A DNA stretch of 32,000 nucleotides. Origin: Mycobacterium tuberculosis H37Rv (lineage in GTDB: Bacteria > Actinomycetota > Actinomycetes > Mycobacteriales > Mycobacteriaceae). The DNA lies in assembly GCF_000195955.2 (NCBI RefSeq), contig NC_000962.3:3450001-3482000 (forward strand), in the 5' to 3' direction. The position numbers were made by a program, and so were the translations under genes. The notes beneath the pieces are model-generated. The model searched no databases. It was given only the letters and a program-made list of their open reading frames with translations, and was not told the origin of the DNA. Below, in pieces: positions 27,176-32,000 of this stretch (position 1 is its first letter; each line of letters begins with the position of its first letter).

Positions 27176-27648
27176 GCCCTTCAGGATGCCAGCTGACTAC
27201 CACAATGCAAGCAGCGATGAGCCGACGAACCGTCATCCTTGGCCTGCTCCCGCTCGCTGTTGTCGTCACGAATGGCGCACGATGCGGCGCACCAATGCCT
27301 GTGACCGAAGGCGGTTCGGGCTGTCATTGACAATTCATGAAGATGCCTGCCGCATCATATCCGTTGTGCCCGTTGTTCTAGAAGTCCGACGTGCTGAGCC
27401 TGCCCACCCGGCGACCCCATATCCGGAACCCCTCGCGCGCTGCAGCCGCTCACCTGGTCTGAACGAAAGCTCGCACATGAGTGGTCGGATTCCGCCCTAA
27501 CAACGCGCCATAAACGCAGGCTCATGCGCTGCGCCACGATGCGCCGATGCATTTCGGTAACGATTGTTAGTTAACCCTTGTACGAAACTCTCTTGAGGCG
27601 CTCTAACCGACTGCGTCCAAAGTGGAGGATCGAAAAGATGATAGGAAA

Positions 27649-28728
27649 ATGAGTACGCCTACGCTGCCTGATATGGTAGCTCCATCCCCGAGAGTGCGAG
27701 TAAAAGACCGTTGTCGCCGGATGATGGGGGACCTACGCCTTTCCGTTATCGATCAGTGCAATTTGCGATGCCGTTATTGTATGCCCGAAGAGCACTACAC
27801 ATGGTTGCCGCGGCAAGATTTGCTATCCGTCAAAGAAATCAGCGCCATTGTAGATGTTTTCCTTTCCGTTGGGGTAAGTAAAGTTCGAATCACCGGTGGC
27901 GAACCGCTGATCCGCCCAGATTTGCCGGAAATAGTGAGGACATTGAGCGCAAAGGTCGGCGAAGATTCAGGTCTGAGAGACTTAGCGATCACGACGAACG
28001 GCGTCCTTCTCGCCGACCGCGTTGACGGCCTGAAGGCTGCGGGTATGAAACGCATCACTGTCAGTCTTGATACGTTGCAACCCGAGCGCTTCAAGGCGAT
28101 AAGTCAGCGTAATAGCCACGATAAGGTCATCGCGGGTATCAAGGCTGTCGCAGCCGCGGGATTTACGGACACAAAAATAGACACAACGGTGATGCGTGGT
28201 GCCAATCACGATGAGCTGGCTGATCTGATCGAATTCGCTCGGACTGTTAACGCGGAAGTCAGGTTCATTGAGTACATGGACGTCGGCGGCGCAACTCACT
28301 GGGCATGGGAGAAGGTCTTTACCAAAGCGAACATGCTCGAGTCCCTTGAGAAACGGTATGGACGTATTGAGCCTTTGCCCAAACATGATACGGCGCCCGC
28401 CAATCGATATGCGCTTCCGGACGGAACTACCTTCGGAATTATCGCGTCGACAACGGAGCCATTCTGCGCAACCTGTGACCGTTCACGGTTGACCGCCGAT
28501 GGCTTATGGCTGCATTGCTTGTACGCAATATCGGGTATCAACCTAAGGGAGCCGCTGCGTGCAGGCGCGACTCACGATGACTTGGTGGAAACCGTGACAA
28601 CCGGATGGCGGCGACGAACGGATCGCGGAGCAGAGCAGCGTCTTGCCCAACGCGAGCGCGGAGTGTTCCTGCCATTAAGCACGTTAAAGGCCGACCCGCA
28701 TCTGGAGATGCACACCAGGGGCGGGTAA
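27649..28728 (+). CDS. moaA1: GTP 3',8-cyclase MoaA (radical SAM)
   Basis: ATG at 27649 after [14 protein letters not shown] radical-SAM cluster and a C-terminal CATCDRSRL second-cluster motif. Low-GC codon usage. Confidence 0.9.
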   Translation: MSTPTLPDMVAPSPRVRVKDRCRRMMGDLRLSVIDQCNLRCRYCMPEEHYTWLPRQDLLSVKEISAIVDVFLSVGVSKVRITGGEPLIRPDLPEIVRTLSAKVGEDSGLRDLAITTNGVLLADRVDGLKAAGMKRITVSLDTLQPERFKAISQRNSHDKVIAGIKAVAAAGFTDTKIDTTVMRGANHDELADLIEFARTVNAEVRFIEYMDVGGATHWAWEKVFTKANMLESLEKRYGRIEPLPKHDTAPANRYALPDGTTFGIIASTTEPFCATCDRSRLTADGLWLHCLYAISGINLREPLRAGATHDDLVETVTTGWRRRTDRGAEQRLAQRERGVFLPLSTLKADPHLEMHTRGG

Positions 28729-28778
28729 GCCGAACGAACAGTCGATTGATCAACGACTCCACAGTTGAGGAAGGAACC

Positions 28779-29174
28779 ATGACGGTCAGCACCCCTGAGC
28801 AACACGAGCAACGAGCATCCCACGATGCATCCGAGGGAAAGCACAACGTATGTCAGGGGAGGCTGGCCGCACTTGCCGACGCGGCCGTGTCAGAGAAACT
28901 CGGAGCACTACCTGGCTGGCAGCTTCTCGACATGCGACTCAGCCGCGCTTTTCAGTGCACAAATTTCGACCAATCCATTGACTTCATGAATAGGGTCGCA
29001 TCAATAGCAAACGATATCAATCACCATCCCGATATCGCTGTACTGGACAAGCGTTCGGTGCGCGTGACGGCGTGGACGCGCAAGCTGGGCTATCTGACCG
29101 ACATCGACTTCGATCTTGCGGCGTCCGTCGAGGCGATGTATGCGACAGAATTCGCTGACAGGCCAGCACGATGA
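28779..29174 (+). CDS. moaB1: Pterin-4a-carbinolamine dehydratase (PCD/DCoH) family protein, historically named MoaB1
   Basis: ATG at 28779 after GAGGAAGGA. Its length and the DINHHPD motif fit PCD and not the MoaB/MogA fold. Confidence 0.8.
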   Translation: MTVSTPEQHEQRASHDASEGKHNVCQGRLAALADAAVSEKLGALPGWQLLDMRLSRAFQCTNFDQSIDFMNRVASIANDINHHPDIAVLDKRSVRVTAWTRKLGYLTDIDFDLAASVEAMYATEFADRPAR

Positions 29175-29683
29175 TCGACCATGCACTCGCGCTGACACAT
29201 ATCGATGAGCGTGGTGCGGCACGAATGGTCGATGTGTCCGAGAAACCCGTGACTTTGAGGGTTGCCAAAGCGTCAGGGCTCGTGATCATGAAGCCGTCTA
29301 CCTTGAGGATGATTTCCGACGGTGCCGCTGCTAAGGGTGACGTCATGGCGGCGGCCCGGATAGCTGGCATCGCGGCGGCGAAACGTACGGGTGATCTTAT
29401 TCCGCTATGCCACCCGTTAGGGCTCGACGCTGTCAGCGTCACTATCACGCCGTGCGAGCCTGACCGGGTGAAGATTCTGGCGACAACCACCACGCTGGGG
29501 CGTACCGGCGTGGAAATGGAAGCGTTGACCGCAGTTTCAGTCGCCGCCTTGACTATCTACGACATGTGCAAAGCCGTCGATCGAGCCATGGAGATTTCTC
29601 AGATCGTGCTCCAAGAGAAAAGCGGCGGCCGGTCCGGAGTTTATCGCCGAAGTGCTTCTGATTTGGCCTGTCAGTCCCGATAA
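29171..29683 (+). CDS. moaC1: Cyclic pyranopterin monophosphate synthase MoaC
   Basis: 170 aa. ATGA overlap with the preceding gene. [18 protein letters not shown]..., KGDV and IPLCHP motifs. Confidence 0.9.
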   Translation: MIDHALALTHIDERGAARMVDVSEKPVTLRVAKASGLVIMKPSTLRMISDGAAAKGDVMAAARIAGIAAAKRTGDLIPLCHPLGLDAVSVTITPCEPDRVKILATTTTLGRTGVEMEALTAVSVAALTIYDMCKAVDRAMEISQIVLQEKSGGRSGVYRRSASDLACQSR

Positions 29684-29699
29684 GTAGGTGAGTGTCTGA

Positions 29700-29951
29700 A
29701 TGATTAAAGTGAATGTTCTTTACTTCGGTGCCGTTCGTGAGGCGTGTGACGAAACGCCTCGGGAGGAAGTAGAGGTTCAGAACGGTACCGATGTCGGGAA
29801 TCTTGTTGATCAACTCCAGCAAAAATACCCTCGCCTTCGCGATCATTGTCAGCGAGTACAGATGGCGGTCAACCAATTCATCGCGCCGCTGTCGACCGTT
29901 CTCGGCGATGGTGATGAGGTCGCCTTCATCCCGCAGGTAGCCGGAGGCTGA
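29700..29951 (+). CDS. moaD1: Molybdopterin synthase sulfur-carrier subunit MoaD
   Basis: 83 aa, ubiquitin-like, ending in the obligatory C-terminal Gly-Gly (QVAGG). Confidence 0.88.
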   Translation: MIKVNVLYFGAVREACDETPREEVEVQNGTDVGNLVDQLQQKYPRLRDHCQRVQMAVNQFIAPLSTVLGDGDEVAFIPQVAGG

Positions 29952-30073
29952 ACAAGGGGATGACCGGCCGTGAATGCGCTCTCATCGTCGCCGCTGTTCG
30001 GCAACGTGGGAGTTCCAGTGCCGGCGTGCAGAACGACCGAAATTCGCCGCACCCGAATAGTCGGGTCGCATAG

Positions 30074-30742
30074 ATGACCAGCAGGGATGGATTCACCATC
30101 GTTTGGGATTGGAACGGGACGCTGTGCGACGACCGGACAATTCTTCTCGACGCGGTTGGGCAGACGCTGGTCAACGAGGGATTCGAGCCTCTTTCGCAAC
30201 AGCAGCTGATCCAACGGTTCGCACGCCCACTACGAACGTTTTTCGAGAATGCGTGCGGTCGAGATCTCTTGACGTCCGAGTGGGAACGCGTCCAATCCAC
30301 CTTTCGCCGAATCTATCGATCGCGAGAAGCTGAAGTCACACTCGTCGAAGATGCGTACGACGTTCTGGCGCAGGGAAACCGCAGCGCCGCTGGGCAGTTC
30401 TTATTATCGCTGGCGCCTCACGACGAGCTTATGCACTTCGTCCAAAAATACGGGATTGCCAAGTGGTTCAACGGAATCCGTGGCCGGACTCGGCCCGACC
30501 AAGAAAAACCCATGATGCTGGCAGAACTGATCATGCAGCGCTCTCTGAATCCCACTCGCGTGGTGCACATCGGCGATTCGCTTGAGGACGCCGCTGCTGC
30601 CAGCGCGGTCGGAGCCATTTCCGTCTTGGTCACCGGAGCTTCACTGCAGCCACCCGACCGAGTCATGCTCAAACAGTTGCAGCCCTTCGTTGCGAGTTCG
30701 CTGAAGCAAGCACTGCAGTACGCGGGTGGCGACGGTGATTGA
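30074..30742 (+). CDS. HAD-superfamily phosphatase-like protein (Rv3113-like) with atypical motif I
   Basis: Motif I is VWDWNGTL (Asp nucleophile, but Asn at the D+2 position). Motif IV is GDSLEDAAAA. Confidence 0.75.
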   Translation: MTSRDGFTIVWDWNGTLCDDRTILLDAVGQTLVNEGFEPLSQQQLIQRFARPLRTFFENACGRDLLTSEWERVQSTFRRIYRSREAEVTLVEDAYDVLAQGNRSAAGQFLLSLAPHDELMHFVQKYGIAKWFNGIRGRTRPDQEKPMMLAELIMQRSLNPTRVVHIGDSLEDAAAASAVGAISVLVTGASLQPPDRVMLKQLQPFVASSLKQALQYAGGDGD

Positions 30743-31289
30743 CGACGAAGGTACGCAGGTGGTGGCGGCGCGCCTGCCGTTCGGATGGTCAGCCGACAGT
30801 GGGGTGACAGCCGACATCATCGAGGCAGCGATGGAACTTGCGATCGACACAGCGCGACATGCCACGGCACCGTTTGGCGCTGCGCTGCTTGATGTTACGA
30901 CACTCCGAGCATTCTCGGGTGGCAACACCTATTTTGAATCGGGGGATCGCTTCGCTCACGCCGAAACCAACGTTCTACGGGCCGCAATGAGCACATTGCC
31001 GGAGCTTTCAAATCACGTGCTGATATCCACCGCCGAGCCATGCCCGATGTGCGCGGCGGCCAGCGTGCTCAGCGGAGTGAGAGCCATCATCTTCGGCACA
31101 TCAATCGAGACCCTTATCCAGTGCGGTTGGTTCCAAATCCGCATCAGCGCTTCGGATGTGGTGGCGGCCTCCACTCGTCCCACGCGTCCATCGGTGTATA
31201 GCGGTTTCCTCAGCCACAAGACGGACTTGTTGTACCGGAACTCCGAAAACCGACGAGCAATGAACCCCTGGACCGATCCATCGCATTGA
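30726..31289 (+). CDS. CDA-fold (cytidine/deoxycytidylate/guanine-type) zinc deaminase (Rv3114-like); start uncertain
   Basis: HAE (FAHAETNVL) and PCPMC zinc-ligand motifs. Candidate GTG starts at 30726, 30735 and 30759. The first overlaps the upstream gene by 17 nt. Confidence 0.75.
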   Translation: MATVIDDEGTQVVAARLPFGWSADSGVTADIIEAAMELAIDTARHATAPFGAALLDVTTLRAFSGGNTYFESGDRFAHAETNVLRAAMSTLPELSNHVLISTAEPCPMCAAASVLSGVRAIIFGTSIETLIQCGWFQIRISASDVVAASTRPTRPSVYSGFLSHKTDLLYRNSENRRAMNPWTDPSH

Positions 31290-31374
31290 CTCGGCTTGCC
31301 GACTACCTCACTGACCCAGGAGGAGAGTTACGTCCAGGGGTGTGGTGTACGGGCAGGTAAGGCCGGTGGGCGTG

Positions 31375-32000
31375 TCGTAGCCCAGTAGTGGGCGGTCATC
31401 GCGTGATCCTTCGAAACGACCAGCAAAAGTCAATCGAAGGAAATGACGCAATGACCTCTTCTCATCTTATCGACGCCGAGCAGCTTCTGGCTGACCAACT
31501 CGCACAGGCGAGCCCGGATCTGCTGCGCGGGCTGCTCTCGACGTTCATCGCCGCCTTGATGGGGGCTGAAGCCGACGCCCTGTGCGGGGCGGGCTACCGC
31601 GAACGCAGCGATGAGCGGTCCAATCAGCGCAACGGCTACCGCCACCGTGATTTCGACACCCGTGCCGCAACCATCGACGTCGCGATCCCCAAGCTGCGCC
31701 AGGGCAGCTATTTCCCGGACTGGCTGCTGCAGCGCCGCAAGCGAGCTGAACGCGCACTGACCAGCGTGGTGGCGACCTGCTACCTGCTGGGAGTATCCAC
31801 TCGCCGGATGGAGCGCCTGGTCGAAACACTTGGTGTGACAAAGCTTTCCAAGTCGCAAGTGTCGATCATGGCCAAAGAGCTCGACGAAGCCGTAGAGGCG
31901 TTTCGGACCCGCCCGCTCGATGCCGGCCCGTATACCTTCCTCGCCGCCGACGCCCTGGTGCTCAAGGTGCGCGAGGCAGGCCGCGTCGTCGGGGTGCACA
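31375..32000 (+). mobile_element. IS1081 (IS256 family), left part. The left boundary is approximate and the element runs off the window.
   Basis: Contains the sequences I recall as the diagnostic IS1081 PCR primers: TCGCGTGATCCTTCGAAACG at 31399, and the complement of GCCGTTGCGCTGATTGGACC at 31617-31636. I cannot place the terminal inverted repeat exactly. Confidence 0.8.
31450..32000 (+). CDS. IS1081 transposase (Mutator/IS256 family), N-terminal part; 3' end outside the window
   Basis: ATG at 31450: MTSSHLIDAEQLLADQLAQASPDLLRGLLSTFIAALMGAEADALCGAGYRERSDERSNQRNGYRHRDFDTRAATIDVAIPKLRQGSYFP.... The frame is open to the window end, and it is absent from the ORF track because it has no stop. 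Confidence 0.9.

Noticed and set aside
27500-27648. Possible MoCo riboswitch or other structured leader upstream of moaA1
   Set aside because: I could find only short 4-bp stems and a GTTAAC palindrome. I cannot recognise the conserved Moco-motif helices by eye, so a covariance-model scan (Rfam RF01055) would be needed.
29952-30073. Small ORFs between moaD1 and the HAD gene (for example ATG 29960, 37 aa) as a possible moaE remnant
   Set aside because: No similarity to MoaE sequences as I recall them in any frame, and the ribosome-binding-site spacing is poor. I treat this as non-coding spacer.
1-32000. CRISPR arrays, rRNA genes, MIRU/VNTR-type tandem repeats
   Set aside because: Reading both strands, I found no regularly spaced direct repeats, no rRNA-like conserved blocks and no tandem minisatellite units.

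Overview
High-GC actinobacterial chromosome. By gene content and order I recognise it as Mycobacterium tuberculosis complex, roughly the H37Rv 3.45-3.48 Mb region (Rv3084-Rv3115). Locus names are from memory and were not checked by search.

Gene order, left to right:
- Distal six genes of the translationally coupled mymA lipid-modification operon: lipR, an SDR, adhD, two WS/DGAT genes including tgs4, and fadD13.
- A roughly 940 bp 'intergenic' gap that I read as a multiply frameshifted, 3'-truncated cytochrome P450 pseudogene.
- An SPFH-protein / patatin-phospholipase pair.
- A DUF808 / luciferase-like / acyl-CoA-dehydrogenase-like operon, divergent from an HxlR regulator, with a clear GGTTCA-type operator between them.
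- A Tat-signal GH-A glycosidase.
- The PE-lipase lipY.
- A MazEF-like toxin-antitoxin pair abutting the tmRNA gene.
- The conserved ribosome-rescue / cell-division block: ssrA, a DinB-like gene, smpB, ftsX, ftsE, a Pro-rich protein, MscS, prfB.
- fprA and agpS.
- From about 27.3 kb, a visibly lower-GC island carrying moaA1-moaB1(PCD)-moaC1-moaD1, a HAD-like protein and a CDA-fold deaminase, ending in a partial IS1081.

Most interesting observation: a 23-nt, 21/23-identical direct copy of the tmRNA T-loop/acceptor 3' end lies 701 bp downstream of ssrA. Together with ssrA it brackets exactly the toxin-antitoxin pair. That is the signature of a decayed ssrA-integrated islet.

No rRNA, intact tRNA or CRISPR array was seen.
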